A stretch of DNA of 64,000 nt from an uncultured Collinsella sp. (GTDB lineage: Bacteria; Actinomycetota; Coriobacteriia; Coriobacteriales; Coriobacteriaceae): positions 46,692 through 110,691 of the forward strand of contig CABSYR010000003.1 in the NCBI GenBank assembly GCA_902481895.1, in the 5' to 3' direction. This document shows, in pieces, positions 40,954 to 50,673 of the stretch. Every line of letters starts with the position of its first letter. Positions within the stretch are counted from its first letter, which is position 1. The notes beneath the pieces are model-generated. The model saw nothing but the letters and a program-made list of their open reading frames with translations. It was not told the origin of the DNA and searched no databases. Made by a program: the position numbers and the translations under genes.

Positions 40954-41766
40954 TCAACGAGTATGTGGAGCAAATCCACAAGTTCGCACAGGTATGGGGC
41001 TGACGAGTCGGCCCTCGTCGTCCTCGCATGCTTGATTCTGACGCTCGACATCGTAGGAGCAGATGGTCACGAGGTCTTGCATACCGGTGGAAACAATAGG
41101 TGCATCCACGCCCGGGGTCAAGCCCTGCAACAAAACATCAGCAGCAGAAAGCAAAATCTCCGGACGCATGGAGCCCTCGTTGTCGGCATGGGTGTCGAGC
41201 ATGAGCACCAAATGGTCCGGGCGCTCCCCCGCCGTGAGCTCATAGCCCACGAGCGTGTGGTCCAAATCCAAGCGCTTGCTCTTTTTTCCGCGCGCGTAGT
41301 CGATGCCGTGACCCGCGCGCAGCGTGTCAATCGCACGACGCACCTCGTCGGCGCTTACGGGCGCCTCGGAATCCAAGTGCAGGTCGATGCGATACGACAG
41401 GCGCGTGAGCTGCGCCGTCAACGCCGGCGTGCGCACGTCGATGTACGCCGCCTCAATGGGCGCCAGATCGGCCGGAGACGCCGCAGCCAGACGTCCAAAC
41501 GCCTCGTCGAGCGCCACGAACTCGGTCATAAACAGGTCATACCATTCGCAGGTCGACGACGTACCCACCGGTAGCGCCGAAGAGAAGCCCACGCGCATGT
41601 GCGGAGAGAAGCCCTGCGTGACAGCATAGGGAAGCCCCGCACGGCGCACGATGCGCTCAATGGTATGGATTACTTCGAGATGGCCCAGGTACTTAAGGCG
41701 ATCGCGCTTGCCATAGCGAACACGAAGCCTAAAGAGCGAGGGGTTGTCGGTCAGGCGCTCACTCAT
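40954..41766 (-). CDS. radical SAM-associated protein (TIGR03936/DUF2344-like)
   Basis: KYLGHLE...RRAGLPYAVTQGFSPH...ALPVG signature. ATGA overlap with the radical SAM gene. Confidence 0.85.
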   Translation of the reverse strand: MSERLTDNPSLFRLRVRYGKRDRLKYLGHLEVIHTIERIVRRAGLPYAVTQGFSPHMRVGFSSALPVGTSSTCEWYDLFMTEFVALDEAFGRLAAASPADLAPIEAAYIDVRTPALTAQLTRLSYRIDLHLDSEAPVSADEVRRAIDTLRAGHGIDYARGKKSKRLDLDHTLVGYELTAGERPDHLVLMLDTHADNEGSMRPEILLSAADVLLQGLTPGVDAPIVSTGMQDLVTICSYDVERQNQACEDDEGRLVSPIPVRTCGFAPHTR

Positions 41767-43640
41767 GCGCGATCACCCATCAATACATTCTTGGCGTGGA
41801 GCGTGGGGCAGATCCCGCAGCCGGTGCACGACGTGCGGGTGCAGTCGGGAGTCGTGACGCCCTCGAGCGAGCGACGGTACTCGCGCTCGAGGAAGCCGCG
41901 TGTGCAGCCGGGGCTCACGTGCTCCCACGGCAGGCGCCAGTCCAACTCGTAGGGCAGGTGCACGAGCTCATTGAGGTCGATGCCGTTTTTGGCAGCAGCT
42001 TCCTTCCAGTTATCGAGCGAGAAATGCTCTACCCAGGCGTCAAAGCGAGAGCCCGAGCGCCAAGCATCGATGATGACGGGCGTCATGTCACGACCGGCGC
42101 GGGACAGCGCGGCCTCGATGAGCGAGGTCTCGGCATCGTGGTAATGAACGCGGACGGCACGGTTGCGAACGCTCGTGACGAGCAGCTTCTGGCGACGCTT
42201 GACGTCGTCGTAGTCGAGCTGCGGGCACCACTGGAACGGCGTGGCAGCCTTGGGGATAAAGACCGAAACCGAGATCGACACCGAGATCGAGCCGCGACGA
42301 GCCTTGGGCACCACGGAACGACCGAGCTCCAGCACGTGATCGGCCAGATTGGCGATGGCCACGATGTCCTCGTCGCGCTCGCCGGGAAGGCCCATCATAA
42401 AGTAGAGCTTCATGCGGTTCCAGCCGGCCTCGAAGGCCGCCTTGGCCGCACGGTCCAGGTCCTCCTCGGTCACGTTTTTGTTAATGATGTCGCGCATGCG
42501 CTGGCTGCCGGCCTCGGGCGCGAACGTCAGGCCGCCCTTCTTTTCGCCGGCAACCGACTCGGCCATATCCACGCCAAACGAATCCAGGCGCTGCGACGGA
42601 ATAGACACACGAATACCCGTATCCTCCAGGCGACGGTTGAGCCTGCCGAGCACGTCGCGAATGCAGGAGTGGTCGGTCGTGGAGAGCGAGGTCAGCGACA
42701 CCTCGTCATAGCCAGTCTTTTCCAGACCCTGAATCACCGACGAGACGATCTGGTCGGCCGAGCGCTCGCGCACCGGGCGATACGTCATGCCGGCCTGGCA
42801 AAAACGACAGCCGCGGGCGCAGCCGCGCAGGATCTCGATAGACAGGCGGTCGTGGACTAGCTGCGCATAGGGTACGCACGACTGCGACAGCGGATTCGTG
42901 GCGCCGAAATCCTCGACGACGCGTTTGTAGACCACAGTAGGCGCATCCTTGCCTTCACGCGGCACGGTGTAGCCATGCGGCGAGCAGGGCTCGTCGTGAC
43001 GAACCTCATAGAGCGACGGCACGTAGTTGCCGGAAATGGATGCAAGCTGCTCAACAATCTGCGCGCGCGGGACTCCTTCGTCACGCAGGCGGCGATGCAG
43101 CTGACAGGTCTCGAGCAGCGACTCCTCGCCCTCGCCGATGAGGATAACATCGAAGAAGGCCGCATACGGCTCGGGGTTGTACACCGAGGGGCCGCCGGCG
43201 ATGATGATGGGGTCGTCCTCGGTGCGGTCGGCCGCTAACAGCGGAATGCCAGCGAGGTCGAGTGCCTCGAGGAAGTTCGTCACCGCCATCTCGTGCGGCA
43301 CATGCAGACCGACGATATCAAACGAAGCGACCGGCGCTGCACCCTCGAGCGACAGCAGCGGAATACCCGCCTCGCGCATGGCGTCACCCATATCGGGCCA
43401 CGGCACATAGCCGCGCTCACAGGAGATGCCCTCGGCCTGGTTAAGGATGTTGTAGAGGATGGCGATGCCCTGGTTGGGCAGACCAACCTCGTACACATCC
43501 GGGTAGATCAGGCAGCAACGGTAGTCGGCATCGGCCTTGGAAAGCGTGCCCCACTCGTGATCGATATAGCGGCTCGGTTTCTCGACCTTGGCGAGCAACG
43601 GCTCAATTAAATGAAAACAGTCTTGGTATGCAACGCGCAA
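41763..43640 (-). CDS. B12-binding-like radical SAM protein (TIGR03960-like)
   Basis: VEKPSRY, YPDVYEVG, CxxxCxxC (CARGCRFC), TFAPEAGSQRMR and KLYFMMGLP motifs, plus a C-terminal CTRTSCTGCGIC cluster. Confidence 0.88.
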   Translation of the reverse strand: MRVAYQDCFHLIEPLLAKVEKPSRYIDHEWGTLSKADADYRCCLIYPDVYEVGLPNQGIAILYNILNQAEGISCERGYVPWPDMGDAMREAGIPLLSLEGAAPVASFDIVGLHVPHEMAVTNFLEALDLAGIPLLAADRTEDDPIIIAGGPSVYNPEPYAAFFDVILIGEGEESLLETCQLHRRLRDEGVPRAQIVEQLASISGNYVPSLYEVRHDEPCSPHGYTVPREGKDAPTVVYKRVVEDFGATNPLSQSCVPYAQLVHDRLSIEILRGCARGCRFCQAGMTYRPVRERSADQIVSSVIQGLEKTGYDEVSLTSLSTTDHSCIRDVLGRLNRRLEDTGIRVSIPSQRLDSFGVDMAESVAGEKKGGLTFAPEAGSQRMRDIINKNVTEEDLDRAAKAAFEAGWNRMKLYFMMGLPGERDEDIVAIANLADHVLELGRSVVPKARRGSISVSISVSVFIPKAATPFQWCPQLDYDDVKRRQKLLVTSVRNRAVRVHYHDAETSLIEAALSRAGRDMTPVIIDAWRSGSRFDAWVEHFSLDNWKEAAAKNGIDLNELVHLPYELDWRLPWEHVSPGCTRGFLEREYRRSLEGVTTPDCTRTSCTGCGICPTLHAKNVLMGDRA

Positions 43641-43650
43641 CGGAAAACCC

Positions 43651-44580
43651 CTAAGCAGCGAGATCTGATGCGTCCTGATAGGACGCCATAGGACGGGTAG
43701 CGCCCGCGACCGTGGTCACCAGATCGCGAACGCGGGAGAACGTGGCAGTGACCACCTCGTTGGCACGGCTGTAGTCGACATCGCGCTCGTAGAGCGAAAC
43801 GAGCGCACGGCCCATGCCATAGGTGCCCGCGGCAGCAGTGAGCGCCTTGACGGCAAACCCAATATGCGGCGTCTGCTTGACGAGCGCGCGGGTGACCGCG
43901 CGGATCACAAGACCGCCGGCAAGCACGCCCGCGACCTCGTAGCCGCGCTCAGGCTTAATGCCGCGTCCAAAGACGGCAGCGAGCTCAAAGAGCATGCCCA
44001 CCTGCGCCAGCGCCATAACGGGATAATCGGCGCCCGGCAAAAACACCAGCGCACCGGTCGCCATATTGGTGAGCGCGCACGAGGTGATGATACGATTGGC
44101 GGCCGCGATGCGCATGAAGGCAAAGTTCGCCGCAAAAGCCGTTTCCTTGTCGGTGCGATCGAGAATCCAGCGGGCAAGCGTCTCGAGCAGATACGTCTTA
44201 TCGGTTGCCGCTACCACGCCGAGCATGGGCGTGGACTCCTCGATAAACGGCACCTCCACAGCAGACTCGGCAAGCACGCACACGGGCGCGCCGGCGATCA
44301 CGAGCTCCTGCACGGCACTCTCCAAGCGGTCGGAACCACACGAGAGCACCAGCACCACATCGGTATCAGTCTTTGGAGCAATTCGCTCCTCCCCCAGACG
44401 CTCGACGCGCACAATACCCGAGGTCGTCTGCGGCACAAAGGCGTCACGCACCGTCTCGGCCAGAAAGCGCGAGGCGGACGAATCCAGATAGACCGAGACG
44501 CGCACCGGCGTATCGGAATCCTTCTTAACGGACGCGCCCATCTTAAAAGCGCGGGTCAGCTTATCTACGGGAATTTTCAT
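43651..44580 (-). CDS. hypothetical protein with C-terminal DUF697/YcjF-like membrane-associated domain
   Basis: C-terminal LPGADYPVMALAQVGMLFELAAVFG...AAAGTYGMGRA pattern. N-terminal alpha/beta domain without a P-loop. Confidence 0.65.
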   Translation of the reverse strand: MKIPVDKLTRAFKMGASVKKDSDTPVRVSVYLDSSASRFLAETVRDAFVPQTTSGIVRVERLGEERIAPKTDTDVVLVLSCGSDRLESAVQELVIAGAPVCVLAESAVEVPFIEESTPMLGVVAATDKTYLLETLARWILDRTDKETAFAANFAFMRIAAANRIITSCALTNMATGALVFLPGADYPVMALAQVGMLFELAAVFGRGIKPERGYEVAGVLAGGLVIRAVTRALVKQTPHIGFAVKALTAAAGTYGMGRALVSLYERDVDYSRANEVVTATFSRVRDLVTTVAGATRPMASYQDASDLAA

Positions 44581-44598
44581 AGCAAACCCCTCCAGCGG

Positions 44599-45825
44599 TT
44601 ACGCGGCGCCCGAACGATGCCGCCATATGGATTGTACGATACCCACCGTCAGCAGCTGAATCATCATCGAAGACGAACCGAAGCTAATAAACGGTAGCGG
44701 AATACCGGTAATCGGCATCATGCCGATGCACATGCCGATGTTCTCGAAGGTCTGGAACGCCCACATGCCAACGATGCCCACGCACGACAGGCGCAGGAAC
44801 AGCGACTCACACTTAAAGGCGACGCGAATCGTCGAAAAGATCAGCAGCACGTAGAGACACAGGAGCAAAAAAGAACCGCAAAAGCCAAAGGTCTCGGACA
44901 GGAAGGCGAAGACGAAGTCGGTGTGGAACTCAGGCAGAAAGCCGCCGGCCGACTGCGTCGCATGACCCAAACCCTTACCAAAGAAGCCGCCCGAGCCAAC
45001 GGCGATAAGCGACTGCTGCAGGTTGTAGGCATCGTCCGAATCGGCATTATCGGGGTCGATAAAGACCGTCAGACGGTTCATCTGATACTGCTTGATGAGC
45101 ACATCGTGGCCGAGCAACGAATCAAAGACCGAATCGAGCGCCAGAACGAGGGCCACCAAGCCCACGAGCAGGGCCAGGGTCGACAGCACCCATTCGCGGC
45201 GTGCACCGCTCATACAAATGACGATGGCGCCCGAAACCAGCACGACCAGGCCCGAGCCCAGGTCGCCCATGGCAACGACGGCCAAAAACGGAATGGACAG
45301 CATGCCGCAGAGCTTGACGTAGTCGCGAACGGTATCGATGCGACCGTTATACTGCGAGCCAAGCGTAGCAATAAAGAAGATGGTGATGAGCTTGGCAAGC
45401 TCAACCGGCTGGAATGTCAAGCCGATACCGGGAATCTTGATCCAGCCCGTCATGCCCAGACCGCCTGTATAGGACAGACCCGGAATCTTGGGCGAGAGGA
45501 TCACGATCAGGTCGATGACGAGCAACGCCGTCGAGAAATTGGAAATACCGCGCAGGTCGGTACGCCAGACCAGCACCGCCAGCACCGTACCGATTCCAAT
45601 TCCCAGCAGATGGCGTGAGAACGAGGCATCGGCCTTAAACTGCGAAGCCGACCAGATGATGATGGCACCGTAGGCGACGAGCGCCACAGTAGCCACGAGC
45701 ACACCGGTATGCACCTTTTGGCGAAACGTGCCGCGCGAGGCCGAAAGTTGCTTGTTGACGCGGTCCAGGCTGCTGCGAGAGCCGGTCTTGGTTGAACGGA
45801 ACAGATCCGCCGGAGAAAAATCCAT
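44599..45825 (-). CDS. rodA: rod shape-determining SEDS glycosyltransferase
   Basis: FQPVELAK, DLGS, QSLIAVGSGG, LPEFHTDF and GIPLPFISFGSSS motifs. Confidence 0.93.
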   Translation of the reverse strand: MDFSPADLFRSTKTGSRSSLDRVNKQLSASRGTFRQKVHTGVLVATVALVAYGAIIIWSASQFKADASFSRHLLGIGIGTVLAVLVWRTDLRGISNFSTALLVIDLIVILSPKIPGLSYTGGLGMTGWIKIPGIGLTFQPVELAKLITIFFIATLGSQYNGRIDTVRDYVKLCGMLSIPFLAVVAMGDLGSGLVVLVSGAIVICMSGARREWVLSTLALLVGLVALVLALDSVFDSLLGHDVLIKQYQMNRLTVFIDPDNADSDDAYNLQQSLIAVGSGGFFGKGLGHATQSAGGFLPEFHTDFVFAFLSETFGFCGSFLLLCLYVLLIFSTIRVAFKCESLFLRLSCVGIVGMWAFQTFENIGMCIGMMPITGIPLPFISFGSSSMMIQLLTVGIVQSIWRHRSGAA

Positions 45826-45834
45826 CGCAACCTC

Positions 45835-47904
45835 CTATCGAACCGAAGAATCGCCCGAGGCCGAAGAGGTATCGGGCTCGTCATAAATCACGCCGAGCAC
45901 GTCGCGCACGACATGCATCGCGGTATCTGAGCCGCCGCCGCCCTGCTCCAGGACGGTAGCGATGACATACTTGGGATCATCGGCCGGTGCATAGGCGCAG
46001 AACCACGCGTATTCGTCCTCGCCGCTTTTCTCGCCCGTGCCCGACTTGCCGTATACCTGCGGCGTCAGGGTGCCAAAGTGCGCCGCCAGGGACGTCGATG
46101 CCGTGTAAATTACGTCGTGCATGCCGTTGCGAACAAGAGCCAAATCCGAATCGCTGTTGATCTTGGCCTCCAGGCGCTTCTTCTTGCCCTTACCATTGTA
46201 CTTATAGGCATCGCCGTCGCCATCGCGCGACACGGCAGACAAAAATACGTGAGGCACGTACTGTTTGCCGCCGTTGGCAAGACCCATATAGGCGCACGCC
46301 ATCTGCAGGGGCGTCACCAGGATGTCGCCCTGGCCGATAGCAATGTTGGTCATATCGCCGGCATTCCACTTGCGGTCCTCGGCAGAGGCGTCGGTGAAGT
46401 ACGACTCTTTCCACTCGGCATCGGGAATACGACCCGCGCCCTCACTCGGCAGATCGATACCGCAGGTCTTGCCTAGGCCCCAGCGACGAAAGACCTCCTG
46501 CAGGCCCTCGGGATGTTGCTCGTCATAAAAGAACGCCTTACCCATGTCGTAGAAGACGGGGTCGCACGAGTTGGCGATACCCGACTGCAGCGTCATGGTG
46601 CCGTGGCCAGACGTCAGCCAGCAGCGCTTGCCCCAAGCCTTGCCCAGGCCCGTCCAATAGCCCGTGCAGTTGGTTGTCTGCGTTGAAGTGTAGGTTCCAA
46701 ACTCAAGACCGGCCAGCGCCGAGAGCGGCTTGATGGTCGAGGCCGACATGTACTGTCCGCTAATGGCGCGGTTGAGCAGCGGGTGCGAACCCTTGTCATC
46801 ATTGAGCTCGGTCCACACGTCATTTGAGACGCCGCCAATAAAGACGGACGGATCGAACTTGGGCTGGCTCGCCATGCCCAGGATCTCGCCATTGTTGGGA
46901 TCGAGACACACCACAGCGCCATTGCCGGCATTGCTGTAGCCAGTGGTCTTGGCAAGCTCGATAGCGCTCGCCAGTGCCGTCTCACAGGCCTGTTGGATCT
47001 TAAGGTCGAGCGTGAGCTTAATGTCGGAGCCGGCCTTCGCGGGCACGGCGCCGGCCTGACCGGTCACATTGCCCGAGGCATCGACCTTGACGGTCTGCTC
47101 GCCACGAATACCCTGCAGCAGGTTTTCGTAGTAGCTCTCAACGCCCGCCTGGCCCACGATATCGCCCGACTGGTACGTAATCTTGCCAGCAGAAGCATCA
47201 TCATCGCCAGAGGTTTTCTTATTCTGGGCCTCGAGCTGCTCGGAGGTAATGGTGCCGGTATAGCCCAAGATATGGCATGCCGTCTCGCCGTATGGATACT
47301 GGCGTTCGGTACGCTCGGCAATCTTGACGCCCGGGAACTCGCCGGCGTGTTCCTTGATATAGGCAACCGTGGAGCGACGGACGTCCGTCGCGATGGTATG
47401 CAGGCTCTGAGCGCCCTCTGTATTGTCCTGAATATTGCGAAGGACCGCCACATAAGGCATTCCAAGCACGTTGGCAAGATGGCGAACCAGAACCTCATCC
47501 TCGGCAAGGTCGCGGTAGGCCACGACAGCAAGTGAGGGACGGTTCTGGACAAGCGCCACGCCATTGCGGTCGAGGATGCGGCCACGCACAGCGGGTGTGG
47601 TAACGGTGCGAGTCTGATTACTATTGGCCTGCTTCTCGTAATAGTCCGACGAGACCATCTGCATGCCCCACAGCTTGACGGCAAGTGCCGCAAACATCGC
47701 GCCCACACCCGTGGTGAGGATGGAAAAGCGGCCCTTAAAGGCGGTCGCCGCGGTATTGCCCTCGCCCTCGGTGGCGCGCGGGGCCGTTCCATGCTGTGTA
47801 TCGTAGGTAAAACGGGAATCGCCACGACGCATGACGACCAGCGCGACCACGATGGCCACAACCAGCACGATACCGGCGATAATAACCGTCATCTGGGAAG
47901 ACAT
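45835..47904 (-). CDS. mrdA: penicillin-binding protein 2
   Basis: RGRILDRNG, SxxK (STIK), SCD and KSGT motifs. Follows mreD. Confidence 0.93.
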   Translation of the reverse strand: MSSQMTVIIAGIVLVVAIVVALVVMRRGDSRFTYDTQHGTAPRATEGEGNTAATAFKGRFSILTTGVGAMFAALAVKLWGMQMVSSDYYEKQANSNQTRTVTTPAVRGRILDRNGVALVQNRPSLAVVAYRDLAEDEVLVRHLANVLGMPYVAVLRNIQDNTEGAQSLHTIATDVRRSTVAYIKEHAGEFPGVKIAERTERQYPYGETACHILGYTGTITSEQLEAQNKKTSGDDDASAGKITYQSGDIVGQAGVESYYENLLQGIRGEQTVKVDASGNVTGQAGAVPAKAGSDIKLTLDLKIQQACETALASAIELAKTTGYSNAGNGAVVCLDPNNGEILGMASQPKFDPSVFIGGVSNDVWTELNDDKGSHPLLNRAISGQYMSASTIKPLSALAGLEFGTYTSTQTTNCTGYWTGLGKAWGKRCWLTSGHGTMTLQSGIANSCDPVFYDMGKAFFYDEQHPEGLQEVFRRWGLGKTCGIDLPSEGAGRIPDAEWKESYFTDASAEDRKWNAGDMTNIAIGQGDILVTPLQMACAYMGLANGGKQYVPHVFLSAVSRDGDGDAYKYNGKGKKKRLEAKINSDSDLALVRNGMHDVIYTASTSLAAHFGTLTPQVYGKSGTGEKSGEDEYAWFCAYAPADDPKYVIATVLEQGGGGSDTAMHVVRDVLGVIYDEPDTSSASGDSSVR

Positions 47905-47916
47905 CTACGGGCCCCC

Positions 47917-48489
47917 CTATTTGAGCTTGCGGGTCTTGGGCTTAAAGCGCATACCCGTCTGGCGTCCGCCACGTGCGGAGAATCCATAGCCGGACTGCGG
48001 CACGACGCCGGACATCAAAAACGGAATGGCAACCAGACCCGTCAGGATCGAGGACGGCAGCGCATGGCCGAAGATCGCCACGACAAAGCTCGTCTCCAAA
48101 CCCATAAACAGCAAGATGATGCTGTAGATCACATTAATGACGAGCGCAAAGGCGCCCACGGTGACGCCGCGCGCACTTGGGGTACCGCCCGTCTGACCGA
48201 CGGCGCTGTGCACCAGGGCAAAAGAACCCACGGTCAGCAGGAGCGACATAACGCCCACCGGCACGGCAGCGGACAGGTCATAAAACAAGCCGCTGCAAAA
48301 ACCGCACACGACGGCACGGGTCGGGTCGCCCGAGAACACGCTTAGGCACACCAGGATAATCATGAAGTTGACGCGACCGCCCGCAATGGAGATCTGCGGT
48401 GCCAGGCCTGCCTGCAGCAGCACGCACACGATGGCGGCGATCACAAAGGTGCGGGAGCTCATCCCCTGCTCGTGTAGATCCATGGACAT
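47917..48489 (-). CDS. mreD: rod shape-determining protein MreD
   Basis: Small polytopic membrane protein with GFCSGLFYDL, located between mreC and mrdA. Confidence 0.85.
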   Translation of the reverse strand: MSMDLHEQGMSSRTFVIAAIVCVLLQAGLAPQISIAGGRVNFMIILVCLSVFSGDPTRAVVCGFCSGLFYDLSAAVPVGVMSLLLTVGSFALVHSAVGQTGGTPSARGVTVGAFALVINVIYSIILLFMGLETSFVVAIFGHALPSSILTGLVAIPFLMSGVVPQSGYGFSARGGRQTGMRFKPKTRKLK

Positions 48490-48494
48490 GCCCC

Positions 48495-49493
48495 CTATTC
48501 GTTCGAGCCGGAATCGGTCGTCTCGGACGTGTCGGAACTGTCATCCGAGCTCTCGTCCTTCGTCTTGGTCGCAGCATCGCGCGACGTTCCCTGCGGCGTG
48601 CTGTTGGCCGTGCTCACGTCCTCATCCGAGGCCGACTGTTCGTCGGTCAGCGAGGTAATGACCAGCACTTCCTCGTTGTTCTCGGCCGTCGTCTGGGCGC
48701 GCACCACAATGGTGTAGTACACATCGTTTGCCGATTTCTCAACCGACGAGACGGTGCCGAGCGGTAGACCCTTGGGGAACACGCCACCGATGCCCGAGGT
48801 CACGATGATGTCGCCAACCTTAACATCGGAGTCGACGCTCACGTACTCAAGACGCAGCGTGCCGTCAGCCTGACCCTGCAGCATGCCCTGGGCGCGCGTG
48901 TCCTGCACCATGGCGGATACGCCGGAGTTCTCGTCGCCAATCAGGCGCACGGTGGACGTTTTGGCCGAGACTTCGATGATCTGGCCGATAACACCGGCCG
49001 AACTCGTCACAGGCATGTTGATGGTAAGCCCGTCGGCAGAACCCTTATCAATCGTGACGGTCGAGGTCCAGGCATCGCCCGAGGCACCAACGATACGAGC
49101 TGCGGTCGATTTGAGGTTGTAGGTCGACTGCAGGCCGACCAGCCCCTCCAGACGCTCAGCGGTCTTTTGAGCCTCGGAGAGCTCAGCAACCTTAGAGGTC
49201 AGTTCCTCGTTTTGTTTTTTGAGCTCGTCGAGCGTGTCCTGCGACGCCGTAAGGTTAGAGAACACGTTGCCGATCGCATTGAAGGGAGCCGCCACAGCCG
49301 AACCCACAAAGCGCACCGCCGAGGTAATCGTCGTTACGCCCGAACGCACGGCATGAATCGGCCCTGCCTCGCCCTCGCGGATGTAAAACGTGAGCAGCAA
49401 CACCGAAATCAGGCTGAAAACAATCAACGGGCGCATACCCGTTGATTGTCGCTTGGTATTCAGATTTGTGGAGAAACCCGAAGATCGTGCCAA
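48495..49493 (-). CDS. mreC: rod shape-determining protein MreC
   Basis: TM plus coiled coil, IDKGSADG and VTSGIGGVFPKGLPLG motifs. Confidence 0.93.
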   Translation of the reverse strand: MARSSGFSTNLNTKRQSTGMRPLIVFSLISVLLLTFYIREGEAGPIHAVRSGVTTITSAVRFVGSAVAAPFNAIGNVFSNLTASQDTLDELKKQNEELTSKVAELSEAQKTAERLEGLVGLQSTYNLKSTAARIVGASGDAWTSTVTIDKGSADGLTINMPVTSSAGVIGQIIEVSAKTSTVRLIGDENSGVSAMVQDTRAQGMLQGQADGTLRLEYVSVDSDVKVGDIIVTSGIGGVFPKGLPLGTVSSVEKSANDVYYTIVVRAQTTAENNEEVLVITSLTDEQSASDEDVSTANSTPQGTSRDAATKTKDESSDDSSDTSETTDSGSNE

Positions 49494-49514
49494 ATGGAAT
49501 CCACCTTTTGGAAA

Positions 49515-50558
49515 TTAAGCATTGGTCTGGACGAAGCCGCCATCAAACGCATTGGCCTCGAGCACGCGGGCACAGCCGTTAACAACGTTATCGAGCGCCG
49601 TGGGGCTGACGTTGACCGAAACGCCGGTCTCATCGCGCAGGCGCACGTCGAGACCGCGCAGCAGCGCGCCGCCACCGGTCAGCAAAATGCCGTAGTACAT
49701 AAGGTCCGAGGCGAGATCGGGAGGCGTGGCATCGAGGGCGTCCTTGACGGCCTTGGCCATCTCGTCGAGCGGCTTGTTGAGCGCGCGACGAATCTCCTCG
49801 CTCTCGATGCGCACGGTCTTGGGCAGACCGGTAATCACGTCGCGGCCGTTGACCTCGACGTCAAGCTCGTCCTTGAGCGGCACGGCGGAGCCGACCTTGA
49901 TCTTGATGTCCTCTGCCGTACGCTCGCCGATGGCCAGGTTGTAGGCATCACGAACGTGCGTGAGGATAGCCTGATCGAACTCGTCGCCGGCAATACGAAT
50001 GGACTGCGAGACGACGATGCCGCCCATGGCGATAACAGCGACCTCGGTGGTACCGCCACCGATGTCGATGACCATGGAGCCGGTGGGCTCCTCGACGGGC
50101 AGGTCGGCGCCGATAGCGGCAGCCATGGGCTCCTCAATCAGGTAGGCCTGGCGAGCGCCAGCCTGGATCGTGGCCTCAAAGACGGCACGCTTCTCGACCG
50201 ACGTGACGCCGGAGGGAACGCAGACGACAACGCGCGGACGCGGGGTCCACGGATAGCGCTTCTCGGACGCCTTGTCGATAAAGTAGCGAAGCATGGCCTC
50301 GGTAACATCGAAGTCGGCGATGACGCCGTCCTTCAGGGGACGAACAGCCACGATGTTGCCGGGCGTACGGCCGAGCATGCGCTTTGCCTCGATACCGACC
50401 GCCAGGATGCGCTCGTCGTTCTTGTCGATGGCGACGACGGAGGGCTCGCGAATGACGATACCCTTGCCGCGCACGGAGACAAGCGTATTTGCGGTGCCGA
50501 GGTCGATGGCAAGATCGCCCGCATAGCTACCGAAGAACATATCCATCAAAGAAAACAA
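49515..50558 (-). CDS. mreB: actin-like MreB
   Basis: IDLGTANT, EPSVVA, RPLKDGVIADF, DIGGGTTEVA and LTGGGALL motifs. Confidence 0.97.
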   Translation of the reverse strand: MFSLMDMFFGSYAGDLAIDLGTANTLVSVRGKGIVIREPSVVAIDKNDERILAVGIEAKRMLGRTPGNIVAVRPLKDGVIADFDVTEAMLRYFIDKASEKRYPWTPRPRVVVCVPSGVTSVEKRAVFEATIQAGARQAYLIEEPMAAAIGADLPVEEPTGSMVIDIGGGTTEVAVIAMGGIVVSQSIRIAGDEFDQAILTHVRDAYNLAIGERTAEDIKIKVGSAVPLKDELDVEVNGRDVITGLPKTVRIESEEIRRALNKPLDEMAKAVKDALDATPPDLASDLMYYGILLTGGGALLRGLDVRLRDETGVSVNVSPTALDNVVNGCARVLEANAFDGGFVQTNA

Positions 50559-50673
50559 CGCAACTCCTGATGTGTTGGATGATTGCTGGAAAACTACTAG
50601 TTCATGATACTAGCGCAAGCCCGGCACCTCACTTGCGGTGAAGCACCGGGCAAAACTAAATCCCATAAGGTCA

